A stretch of 63,408 nucleotides of DNA, counting the filler, from Octopus bimaculoides (lineage: Eukaryota): assembly GCF_001194135.2 (NCBI RefSeq). It is 9 parts of 9 records of this genome, joined end to end, with 100 filler letters (N's around TTAATTAATTAA, not from the genome) between each part and the next. Parts side by side here need not be neighbours in the genome. Positions count along the whole stretch, not along the records: positions 37,698 to 39,429 come from NC_068989.1; positions 39,530 to 44,995 come from NC_068990.1; positions 45,096 to 58,026 come from NC_068996.1; 6 more parts are not named here. One strand, written 5' to 3'. Every line of letters begins with the position of its first letter. Position 1 is the stretch's first letter. Position numbers and translations under genes: made by a program. Of this stretch, positions 37,850 through 50,262 are shown piece by piece. A model generated the notes under the pieces. That model was not told the origin of the DNA, made no database searches, and saw nothing but the letters and a program-made list of their open reading frames with translations.

Positions 37850-38868
37850 TACACCAGGTTTTATGCCCATAGAAATATATGCTCCTGTGTACGTATGGGC
37901 TTAGAGTATGAGGTAGAGATTCATTCACACACACGCCCTCACACATATGGACTCCCACACATACACACACATATGCTCACACTTGCAAAATTGCGTATAT
38001 TGTTCAATTCTTTAGGTCGTTCAAATATCAAAGCAATATATACCATGCTTGGTGAACTGTCTTCAAATAGTTACGCTCTTACAAAGTGTAGCGAAATCTT
38101 TTATTACGTCCACTTCAAGAAATCTTCATAGTATTCTTGACCTGCCAAGAACTTCTCCCGATAAGATATGCCAAGAATTTCACCCGATATCTTCCAGAGA
38201 ATTGATAGGAAATTCTAAACACACAAGCATGAACACGCACGCACGTACACACACACACACACACACACANNNNNNNNNNNNNNNNNNNNNNNNNNNNNNN
38301 NNNNNNNNNNNNNNNNNNNNNNNNNNNNNNNNNNNNNNNNNNNNNNNNNNNNNNNNNNNNNNNNNNNNNNNNNNNNNNNNNNNNNNNNNNNNNNNNNNNN
38401 NNNNNNNNNNNNNNNNNNNNNNNNNNNNNNNNNNNNNNNNNNNNNNNNNNNNNNNNNNNNNNNNNNNNNNNNNNNNNNNNNNNNNNNNNNNNNNNNNNNN
38501 NNNNNNNNNNNNNNNNNNNNNNNNNNNNNNNNNNNNNNNNNNNNNNNNNNNNNNNNNNNNNNNNNNNNNNNNNNNNNNNNNNNNNNNNNNNNNNNNNNNN
38601 NNNNNNNNNNNNNNNNNNNNNNNNNNNNNNNNNNNNNNNNNNNNNNNNNNNNNNNNNNNNNNNNNNNNNNNNNNNNNNNNNNNNNNNNNNNNNNNNNNNN
38701 NNNNNNNNNNNNNNNNNNNNNNNNNNNNNNNNNNNNNNNNNNNNNNNNNNNNNNNNNNNNNNNNNNNNNNNNNNNNNNNNNNNNNNNNNNNNNNNNNNNN
38801 NNNNNNNNNNNNNNNNNNNNNNNNNNNNAACAATGAGTTATCAAAATCGAGATAGATCAACATTTTTC

Positions 38869-38907
<39 letters not shown>

Positions 38908-39390
38908 TGTGTGTGTGTGTGTGTGTGTGTGTTGGTGTGTGTGTGTGTGTTGGTGTGTGTGTATACAGATATATATATATATATATACATATATAATTAC
39001 ACACACACACAGACACACACGCACACACACACATATATATGTATATGTATATATATATATTCCCCTCATTCTGGTCAAACGACCCTCCATGTTTGTTTCT
39101 GCTTGGTTTCCTTGTAAGATGCTGCTGTCCGGTTTTTCTTTCCGACTTTGACCCTCCACAAATCCAAAATTTATTTTGGTATTTATGGGAGCAATTGTCT
39201 TCAAAGACTGATATTGTCGTTCAGTGCTCGGAAAGAGAAGTAGATATACAGCCGACAACTGATGAAGGATCGTTCTTTGTGTTGTTTGTCCTGTTTTCCA
39301 TTTTTTTCTCTCATTTGTTTACGTATTAAACTCAATTTTTTTCGTAGTTCATGTTGTTTACTGTTGCTAACGTCCTGTACTCATATATGC

Positions 39391-39429
<39 letters not shown>

Positions 39430-39529
39430 NNNNNNNNNNNNNNNNNNNNNNNNNNNNNNNNNNNNNNNNNNNNTTAATTAATTAANNNNNNNNNNNNNNN
39501 NNNNNNNNNNNNNNNNNNNNNNNNNNNNN

Positions 39530-39575
<46 letters not shown>

Positions 39576-40161
39576 TGTATGTATGTATGTATATATAATG
39601 CTATCTCAATCTCCGGTTTCTGCAATGCATTTCTCGAACAAGATACTGAATATTTGTCGTAAGTGTACCGAGTTAGAAATAGGTCACATCATTGAAATGC
39701 TGACGATTGCCACTTATGACTAAATCTACTCAAACGTCTACAAATGTCATTTGCTTTAAGCCTTAACACAGGCAAAAGAATAAAAAATGCTACCACTCTT
39801 GATGTCTTCGCTAATTAGTTGCTATAGTTGGAAGCCATTTTCTCGTTATAACCGTCAAATTACGAACACACGTCAGCATTCTTACAGAATCTGATCGGCG
39901 TCTTACATTGAGTAAATGCGGTCAGCGTTTCCAGTGTACTTACTAATGCGTTTGTACATGGGTTTACGTATCAGTACACGCGCGAGTAGGCAGACTATCA
40001 CACAGACACACACACAGAAACACACACACACATGCACGCACACTCATACTCAAACGCACACGCATATATAAATATACATATATATATATGTATATATACA
40101 TACATATATCCATACATATGTACATGCATATATATGCATACACGCACACACACACATACAA

Positions 40162-40205
<44 letters not shown>

Positions 40206-41209
40206 TTGTTATATTTGGGGACGGTCATGTAGCCTGTTCATCCAATGAAAACACACGCACTATATATTTGGTGTTCACTTGCTTCAGCATTATTTTATAT
40301 TAATTGTATTTCGGCCAGAGTTCTTTTCTCACACTTCTGTGACCTCATCAGTGGTCTTTGCTTTTTCTTTCTTTATTGTGTCCTTCCTTATCAACGATCT
40401 GCCATTTTGTATTCCAGTTGTGTGTGTCTTTATTTGCTCAGTGTCTATGTTTAGTAAGTGTGTGTGTGGGGGGGAATGTATATGGAACTTGCATTATCAG
40501 TATCCTCTGTTTATTTACATTCGTTTAATTTACTTTTATTTATTTTATTCATTTGTATTATCTACTTACTTTTTTTATTTATTTTTTGTATTAATTTAAT
40601 TTAATTTTATTTTATTTTGCTTATGTATATATAATTACTTAATTCCATTTATTTATCGGTGTATTGTACTAGTTTCATATTATTATTAGTTTATGGAGAC
40701 CTTATTCTGTCATAGGTTGTGGTGTGTGGGGTGTGTGTGCTAGTGTTTCATTCTAGTTTTCTATTTAGGCTAGGATTATCTTCTATTAAGTGTGTAGATT
40801 CCGTAATTTGTCTAGGCGTTGTGTCTGTTCTATGTGTGGACAAGATTTTAACTTCTATGTTGTTGAGTGAGCCCTTGTGTTCCCACTTGGCGTGCTGGTA
40901 TTGAACCGATGAGCTCTTCTCTTCCTTAAGTTCTCTCCAATGCCCATTTACCCGCTCTCCTATGCTCCGTGCTGTCTCCCCTACGTACGTCGTTGTTTTG
41001 TTTCTGTACCGTCCCTCTGTACATCTTATACTATAGACTACATTCCTAGCTTTACAGTTTGTTTGTGGGCTAAATCTACATACAAAAGAGTTCCTATCAG
41101 TACAGGGGGTTCTACTAAAAGGGTAGGTTCTACCGATTAAGGATTGGATTTGATAGAGTTTCCTGGCCTTTCTACAACCTTAATTCTTAGCTTAAGCTTG
41201 TCTAGGACC

Positions 41210-41800
41210 CTTCTAAGACCCTTCATGGTATTGTGGGACAGGAAGCTTAAAGAACGCCTGATACTAAACTCCATACTCATGAACATGCACTCTCGCTATG
41301 TCGATGATATCAACGTAGTGATAAAGATACCCCCACCAGAGAGTACCCTCGAAATAGAAATAGAAACTACTACTATGGAGAGCATGCAGCAAATAGCTAA
41401 CTCCATCCACCAGAGTATTAAGGTCACGATAGACTACCCTACTAAACACCCTAACCATAGACTATNNNNNNNNNNNNNNNNNNNNNNNNNNNNNNNNNNN
41501 NNNNNNNNNNNNNNNNNNNNNNNNNNNNNNNNNNNNNNNNNNNNNNNNNNNNNNNNNNNNNNNNNNNNNNNNNNNNNNNNNNNNNNNNNNNNNNNNNNNN
41601 NNNNNNNNNNNNNNNNNNNNNNNNNNNNNNNNNNNNNNNNNNNNNNNNNNNNNNNNNNCTACTATGGAGAGCATGCAGCAAATAGCTAACTCCATCCACC
41701 AGAGTATTAAGGTCACGATAGACTACCCTACTAAACACCCTAACCATAGACTATCAGTACGAGATACAGAACTCTGACCGGAAACTGTGAATAATAAAAT
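41210..41800 (+). mobile_element. Penelope-like element reverse transcriptase fragment
   Basis: FMVLWDRKL...SRYVDDINV...IANSIHQSIKVTIDYPTKHPNHRL matches the PLE RT YVDD and D.P...LP.LD region. Sequence is duplicated across the 41466-41658 gap. Confidence 0.7.
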
Positions 41801-42097
41801 CCAAGCCGGATAGAAAGAATGCAAAAAGACTGCGATGACCAAATCACACCTGTATTTTATTTTTATTTATTGGTTTATTTTTATTATTTTATTTTATTCC
41901 TTAATTTTTTTTTGAAGAGGTCACCATCCTTAAACTCATTCCAATACGAGGGTAAAAGGAAAAAAAAAATTAATAAATGGTGAATAGAAAGGTCGATACC
42001 CCTTCTCTCTCTCTTACCCTCTACCCATCTGTCTATCTGTCTGACCATCCATCCATCCATCCATCCATCCATCCAGCCATCTAGCTAGCTAGCTATC

Positions 42098-42131
<34 letters not shown>

Positions 42132-42165
42132 ATGTATATATGTATATAATACGTACATATGCATA

Positions 42166-42450
42166 TATATACTGGAACTCGATCGTTTACGACAAGTATT
42201 CCAGTTGATTCGATCAACGGAACAGCCTGCTCGTGGAATTAACATGCAAGTGACTGAGCACTCCGCAGACACGAGTTCCCTTAACGTAGATCTCAGGGAA
42301 ATTCAGTGTACTCATTTTTGCCAGCTGAGTGGACTACAGTAACGCGAAAAAGATGTGTTACTCAACGACGCAACGCGCCGCAGAGACTCGAACTCACCAC
42401 CTCACGATCGTGAGCCGAACATCCTAACCACTAAGCTACGCACCTTCACA
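42166..42450 (-). mobile_element. tRNA-derived SINE with 12-bp TSD (head/core like 53189, tail like 21830)
   Basis: TACATATGCATA at 42154-42165 and 42451-42462. tRNA-like head, CAGTCCACTCAGCTGGC core. Confidence 0.72.
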
Positions 42451-43991
42451 TACATATGCATAGATACGCACAGACCTAAGATACGCTTCGTATCTATTAC
42501 TGCTGAAGCAACGGGATACACATCAATACATCTGGGAGAAAAATATGGCTGTACCTGGCTTCTTGGGGAGAAAACGCAAATCCTTAATTCATACACTAGA
42601 AATGATCTCAATAGCTGGGAGTATGAAAACTTGCAAGTCTTTCTTAAGATTGAAAGAAATATAAACAAAACAAACTGTTTTCCTTTACAAGCTTGCTACC
42701 AAGCAGATGCCCAGTCAAAATATGCTCTAAATTAAATAATGACATACATACATACATACGTGGGTACGTGTGTGTGTGTGTGTGTATGAAAGTGTGTGTG
42801 TGTGTTGATAATGCTGATAAAGCTGAAATAGAATCCATTTCCATAACTGATGATGTTCCGTGTAAAAGATTTAATGAAGAGCTCTCCGGATTATAAAGTT
42901 CTAAAAACTATTTAATACACATCCAGAGTATGACTACACAAGCGCATGCGCGCGCCGCACACGGACACCCTCCCCATACACACCTAGCCACACACATCAA
43001 CAAGCGTGAGCTTACTTTCAAAACCGGTATGAGTACATACTTGGTCGATTCCATGATAACCATTGAAAGACAATCTACAAGATGCTGGCTTCACGCAAGT
43101 GAAAGTTTTCCCCAGTCACACCGGGACAGACGCCATTTAGACAGGAGGCGAATCTTAGTCTTCTAATCAAAACGAGATATATTCAAGTTGTTTTAAACAA
43201 TTACTCAAAAGTCATTCCGATGCATATATTTGGCTTTGAAAATAAGCTCTTCAATGTATACACACACGCACGCACACACACATACACACACATACACACA
43301 CACACATCTTCACATATATCTATGTATGTGTTGTATGTAAAATCTAATTTAAACTTGAAACAGAATCAACTCACCATATTTCATTTTAAATATGTGAACA
43401 AGATCTTGTCAGATTCTCGGCGCGTGGACAAATTCGTTTACTTCTTGAAAATATAGTGTCAGAGATGAATCTCATAAATGTATACATACATACATACATA
43501 CATACATACATACATAGATATCACATCCACATATCCACGCACACACACATACACACACACACACACACGTATATGTATGTGTGTATGATTCATTGGAGTC
43601 AACGGCCATCTAATACTGAGTACACAAGCTAGCTCCTGCTATTTCTCATGGACGTCGGGAGTTTTTGCAGCTTTCATCGACACGCTGCTGATGTTGGTGC
43701 AGAGAACACAGGGGATGCGCTGAGGATTGACACATTTTCAACAAAGGGCTAGCACAACCGGTTCAGTCAGCAAAGAACCATGGAAAGGAGAATGTACTTC
43801 ATTACTGGGACTAAGTGACCACTAGTCCTTGTTAGAACATGATTCTAGGGTCGTGTTTCTCAGCCATTTTTTTTAATTATCGACTCTTTTGATTCCTATT
43901 TTATTCAGGTGGACGCTCATAGCTATTCAATATTTCTTTTAAAAATTCCTCTTGTAGGCACAGGAGTGGCTGGGTGGTAAGAAGCTTGCTT

Positions 43992-44223
43992 CAAGGCGAC
44001 GAGCTGGCAGAATCGTCAGTACGCCGGGCGAAATGCTTAGCGGTATTTCGTCTGCAGCTACGTTCTGAGTTAAAATTCCGCCGAGGTCGACTTAGCCTTT
44101 CATCCTTTCGGGGTCGATTAAATAAGTACCAGTTACGCACTAGGGTCGATGTAATTGACTTTATCCCTTTGTCAGTCCTTGTTTGTCCCCTCTATGTTTA
44201 GCCCCTTGTGGGCAATAAAGAAA
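43992..44223 (+). mobile_element. Same SINE family nested in the head of a bipartite SINE (~43957-44275), 14-bp TSD
   Basis: TAAGAAGCTTGCTT at 43978-43991 and 44224-44237. The host SINE resumes with CCCAACCACATGG. Confidence 0.85.
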
Positions 44224-45399
44224 TAAGAAGCTTGCTTCCCAACCACATGGTTCCGGGCTTAGTCCCGCTACGGGCTTAGTCAAGGAGAGATAATGAAACT
44301 TGATGTCCAGCTATTGTGTCTGGGGGACTGATTTTCTTTGTTTAACAATTAAATGAGAACATATGTATGTATGTATATGTGTGTGTGTGTATGTGTGTAT
44401 GCATGTATGCATGTTTGTATGTATGCATGTATGTATGTATACATGCAAGTATGTCTGTGTCTGGTTTATTACCAAAACATTCTAGACAGTTAAATTATCT
44501 AGCTCACTATTAAACAAGATTTTTAATGTAACCATGTTTATATAATACGATTCTTCAAAATTGTTCAAGACAAATGTCTGGAAAAGGAAACCTGATCTCC
44601 CACACTGCGCCCATGCTACATCACGCCACACCTTACCATACATACTGCTTCACTAATCCCTACTTTAAAGTAAACCCATTTTTATATCATATTTCAATAT
44701 ATCTGCACTTACTTTTGCTTTATTTCCGCTTTATCTCCAGTCAGATTAACAATTATTTTATTTAATAGTACTTCCTGAATCATGTAAGTTTATTGCACAA
44801 AAGCAGAGAACAGAACTTACCCAGATTTCTCACGCCACAGAACTTTGGTACCAAATAATAGTAACGAAGTTGCAACGATTCCTTGCTTCACCAGAACAAA
44901 CTGCCAGCATTGCACATTTTTGCAATTGACTTTATAAGCATGCCGACTCCAGCTCGTACCGTTTACCTATATACATATATATATATAAATATATANNNNN
45001 NNNNNNNNNNNNNNNNNNNNNNNNNNNNNNNNNNNNNNNTTAATTAATTAANNNNNNNNNNNNNNNNNNNNNNNNNNNNNNNNNNNNNNNNNNNNCTTAT
45101 TCTAGCAGCTACACTTTCAGCGCACCCACCCCCACTACTAAATATTATGTAAATGACACTCCATCAAAAGTGCAAATAAATAAATTAGTCTATCCACTAA
45201 AGACATAATCCAATTTATCACTGCTTTATATCGATAAATATTCTGTACCATTCACTGATTGGGGAAGGAAATCTGAGTAGTAGTTAACAAACTATAGAAC
45301 AGTTCTTCATGTGCTTTCTTCCCAAACATCTTTTGCCATTCCTCAGTTAGGTAAGAAACTGTTGGTGGAAGAATGATAGGCAAAATAACAGATAAATGA

Positions 45400-45870
45400 A
45401 AGAATAGTAGGCAAGATGAGAACAAGTTGAAAACTTTTCTTGGAGCTTCTAGCACTGCTGGTGACTGGTGGCATCAGTTATTTCCTTCAGAGTGAAGGCG
45501 AGGTTGTATGATGCTTGTGTTATAAATGTGATGCTGCATGGTAGTGAAACATAAGCCTTGAATGCAGAGAACTTTAAAAAGAAATGATGCTAGTGTGTTC
45601 CACTGGATGTACAAAATCAGTGTGTATGAACAACAACAAATTACAAAATTGTAGTGAGAAAAATTAGCCTTAAGAGAAGTAAGATGTAGTGTGTGATAAA
45701 GAAAACTGCACTGGTGTGGATATGAGAATATATGGATGAGGACAGATGGAATAAACAGGAGTCGGTCACTTAATGTGGATAGAACTGCAGAAGCTGGAGA
45801 CCCAGAAAAACAACACAAAGTGATGAAGGTTGGTCTCAGATGTTTTAATCATAGGGTGGAGACGATAAAG
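45400..45870 (+). mobile_element. Degenerate RTE-like LINE C-terminal region
   Basis: FRVKARLYDACVINVMLHGSET*AL, RKLHWCG and related motifs, with stops and frameshifts. Confidence 0.65.
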
Positions 45871-46289
45871 GACGAGGATANNNNNNNNNNNNNNNNNNNN
45901 NNNNNNNNNNNNNNNNNNNNNNNNNNNNNNNNNNNNNNNNNNNNNNNNNNNNNNNNNNNNNNNNNNNNNNNNNNNNNNNNNNNNNNNNNNNNNNNNNNNN
46001 NNNNNNNNNNNNNNNNNNNNNNNNNNNNNNNNNNNNNNNNNNNNNNNNNNNNNNNNNNNNNNNNNNNNNNNNNNNNNNNNNNNNNNNNNNNNNNNNNNNN
46101 NNNNNNNNNNNNNNNNNNNNNNNNNNNNNNNNNNNNNNNNNNNNNNNNNNNNNNNNNNNNNNNNTAAGTCATTTTACTCGACTTTACGTCTGTCCGCCAC
46201 AAATATTGGAATCGCAAAATCACTAGAAAACCGTTAAAAGCACATAAAAATCATGTTACTGTGCATTAAAATAAGGATAAAAGCATATA

Positions 46290-47285
46290 AAATGTTCTTC
46301 TACAATCTGGTAGATTTCCAAACTTCACTTGTCCATGTTGAAGAATATTCCTTCAGTTCTGACCTCGTCTACACAATTCATATTTTTNNNNNNNNNNTTT
46401 TTCTGTCCAAATGATTTTGAAATCTGCGGAATAACTGATGATCAGATGGGGCAATGTTCGGCGAATATGGTGGGTGGGGCATCGTTTTCCATTCAAGCTG
46501 CTCCAAACTTTGGAATGTCATCCTCGCTGTATGTAGCCGAGTGTTATCCTGNNNNNNNNNNGAAGAACACCTTTTGGCTTGAAACCAAAGATGGTCATTT
46601 TTTTCTTCTGACGCAGACTTAAGCCGCTCAAGCTGCTCAAAGTAGATCTTCTTTGTAATCATTTGGTTTGGGTTTAAAAATTCAAAGTGGACTAAACCTT
46701 TCATATCNNNNNNNNNNNNNNNNNACACCTTACGTGAGTGAAGACCTTCTTTAACCTGGGGTGCCGGTGTTTCTCCTTTCCCCCACCCACTGTCTTCGGC
46801 GCTTGGCATTTTTACAGAGAACCCATTTCTCGTCACCAGTCATTATTCGATCCCAAAAAGGTTCATTCGTGAGAAGTGATAGCAAAGAAGAGCACCCATT
46901 CACTCTCTGCGCACGATTAGACTGGGAAAGTTTGTGAGGAACCCATTGACCCAATTTGCTGTCTTTTTCCGATGGCACGGAGGTGTCGATGAATGGTTCC
47001 TCACCAGTTACGATTGGATTTTATTCCACCAGAGTTTGCTGGACGTCTTTGTCGAGCCTTACAGGTTTTCCAGGCTGTAGTTTCTGGCTCGGGATTTCTG
47101 GAACCACCGTTGACACTGGCTTACACTTATTGTCCAATCCCCANNNNNNNNNNGAACCACCGTTGACACTGGCTTACACTTATTGTCCAATCCCCATATA
47201 CTGTATTTATATTCCTCGTATTGTCCGTTGCGTTGTTGCCTTCATTGAACTTATAAAGCAAAAATATGCCGAATGTCCATTCCAT
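46290..47285 (-). mobile_element. Near-full-length mariner transposase pseudo-ORF
   Basis: CQRWF, WVPHKL, TGDEKW, QDNTRLH and HPPYSPNIAPSD(H)QLF motifs on the minus strand, with frameshifts and short N runs. Confidence 0.85.
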
Positions 47286-48149
47286 TATAGCCTTGAAAAA
47301 ATAACTGTTAAAATCGAACTGCACTCTTCGTGACTTGCACTATAAANNNNNNNNNNCTGTTAAAATCGAACTGCACTCTTCGTGACTTGCACTATAAATA
47401 AGGACAAGGTAAAATTACTACCTGCTGTTATAGCAAGTTAATACAGGTAGTTTATCCCATCNNNNNNNNNNNNNNNNNNNNNNNNNNNNNNNNNNNNNNN
47501 NNNNNNNNNNNNNNNNNNNNNNNNNNNNNNNNNNNNNNNNNNNNNNNNNNNNNNNNNNNNNTGTTGGTTTGGGAGCTCTATGGATGTATGCGTTTGATTG
47601 CTGCGTTTGATAATGGAAGTGATGTTGTCAGAAAAAAACAGTTGATCTAACAACATGTGACTGTAGAAGGTTATGATATTGATGGAAACATCTAAATTGG
47701 GTGGTTAAATTCAATTACACTTGTTTCTCTGACTGTCCACTGAAGTTGTAAATTAACTTCTCAGGGAAGCCGCTCCTGACAAGAGATTTGTCATAAAAAT
47801 TCAGTTGGAAACTTCCGTCTGATGACAGACTGTAGACTCTCCTTCTTATACAATTACAAAGTTTCTCGTGACAGCTGCAGGGGTGACTGGAATTATTTTG
47901 AATTTATACAGTCTCATCGTTTTGTTTCTAAATAAACAATGCTGATCTAACGTAATATCCCCCCNNNNNNNNNNGCTGAAAATTCTAAAGCAGACAAACG
48001 ACTTTTCTGCTGAGCGATTATTGTAAACTGTTTCAGTAACTGGAATTTATCAGATATGCAAAGACTACATTTATATAGTGCGTTGAAATGTAGAGTAGCA
48101 CTGCTATCGACACTCCAAGTAGTAATAAGAGTGAGCGTGGCCTTGCTCA

Positions 48150-48341
48150 CTGAATTTTCAAATAAATGTGAGTTTCTTTTGCTCCTATCCAGAAGTAGTT
48201 GACTGTAGTATCCCTTAAATTCGTTAGCAGTGAACAAACGTGTTGTTCCTCAGGATACCACTTCTCCGGAGGAGTTCGATTCTCTGAGCGAAAAAGTGGA
48301 TCTATTTCGATAATTACAAGATGACTGTTGGTTTGGGAGCT
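48150..48341 (-). pseudogene. Possible C-type-lectin-like exon or relic
   Basis: A 64-codon open stretch contains NSHLVIIE...EEQHVCSLL...NYFWIGA (HLV.IE and WIG motifs). It is bounded by a weak tag| acceptor and a ca|gtgagc donor. Confidence 0.35.
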
Positions 48342-49189
48342 CTATGGATGTATGCGTTTGATTGCTGCGTTTGATAATGGAAGTGATGTTGTCAGAAAAA
48401 AACAGTTGATCTAACAACATGTGACTGTAGAAGGTTATGATATTGATGGAAACATCTAAATTGGGTGGTTAANNNNNNNNNNNNNNNNNNNNNNNNNNNN
48501 NNNNNNNNNNNNNNNNNNNNNNNNNNNNNNNNNNNNNNNNNNNNNNNNNNNNNNNNNNNNNNNNNNNNNNNNNNNNNNNNNNNNNNNNNNNNNNNNNNNN
48601 NNNNNNNNNNNNNNNNNNNNNNNNNNNNNNNNNNNNNNNNNNNNNNNNNNNNNNNNNNNNNNNNNNNNNNNNNNNNNNNNNNNNNNNNNNNNNNNNNNNN
48701 NNNNNNNNNNNNNNNNNNNNNNNNNNNNNNNNNNNNNNNNNNNNNNNNNNNNNNNNNNNNNNNNNNNNNNNNNNNNNNNNNNNNNNNNNNNNNNNNNNNN
48801 NNNNNNNNNNNNNNNNNNNNNNNNNNNNNNNNNNNNNNNNNNNNNNNNNNNNNNNNNNNNNNNNNCCCCCCCAAAATTTCACAATTATTAATTTGGTTGC
48901 AATAGTAATATTTGAGCCAAACAACCTTGGATAGGTCTGTCAGGTTTTTCGTAAATTGCTCAGGGTATAACCGTGAACACATTGTGTGAGATTGTTTGAC
49001 CATCGTCGCTGCAATAAAGGCTATGGGTAGTGATCCGATTCTGGTGTGTCAAAGATGAACAATCCCTAAGATTCCCCCACCTCGACACTTCTTATAGAGA
49101 TATCTAAATGTAGGTCTTTCTCTCACTCTTCTTTCTCTCACACATACACACACTCACTCACTCTCTCTCTCACACATACACACACTCAC

Positions 49190-49225
<36 letters not shown>

Positions 49226-50229
49226 CCACCCCCACCCCCACACACACTCTCACTTTTGATCCAATGGTGTAACAATGATTTTATAGCTTTCATCACTCGC
49301 CAAATGTCCACGATGCTAATCGTGGTGAAGTCTTTCCCGAATTTCAGGGATTTCAGTAGGGAATTCTGATATAGACGAAAAGAAATCTTATTGGACAAAA
49401 TCTACCATATTGTTTTATTTTAGCAGTAATATTAAAGTACCATTACTGCCCTGTTGATGGCTACTTTCTAACAATTCATCAGCTGGAAGTGTTGGATGCA
49501 ACATATTTACACTTAGGAACAATGACCAATAAAACTTTGCTGTACCCGTGACGTAAGATTATATACCTCTTTATGAAATACATGTGAATAATCACAGCAG
49601 CTTTGCGCGCGTGCGAATCTTTAAGTCATGAAGTAGCGCATCATTAGCTTTTATTGTTTGTGTATGTATGCATGTATGATTTTTCTTGGCGTTTTATTCA
49701 AGTTCCTCTTGAGATAGTTGAAGCTGGTCGCTAAAAAAGCGACGAGGTTTTTTTTCAGTTAGGAGAGTTCCCGGTGTTTGTAAATATATGGTTGAGTTGG
49801 TGTGTTGGTCGAACTGTTGATGCATACACTGAAGTGTGTGTGCATCTATTAACATAAGAATCTCACAAGAAGAATTTTTTTAGAATGTGTTACAAATCTG
49901 CGCCACTAATACATTGATTTGGAGGAACCGCGGCAGTTTCTTTTTCTCTTTCTCTGTGAGACCGAGTATTTCTAGGTTTTTGTGCAAATTTGTTGGTACA
50001 TAAGCCAATGCACCTTCGTTGTTATCACCACAAATGTTTCCTTTTCCCTGGACCTTTTATTGTATATTCACGGATGACCTCTGCAACAGTGCATGACTTT
50101 TGTTCCCTGTCCCCTGTCCCCCCCACCCCCTCCAACAATATTAGGTCTGTCATATTTGCACCGAATAGATGTTTTTAATGAGGTGTTCCACCAGTACTCT
50201 TCGTATGCATGTGTGTATGTATGTATGTA

Positions 50230-50262
<33 letters not shown>

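Noticed and set aside
39255-39300. CTGATGAAGGA...TCCT
   Set aside because: The stem is followed by GTTT, not GAAA, and no type II or III arrangement fits.
41264-41753. Tandem duplication within the Penelope RT
   Set aside because: The identical sequence flanks an N gap and is most likely a contig overlap artefact.
49250-49365. Possible minus-strand exon (cag|...|gtgaga); similar donor-like signals near 44630 and 44820
   Set aside because: No recognisable protein motif and no phase-compatible neighbouring exon. Splice-like hexamers are common by chance.
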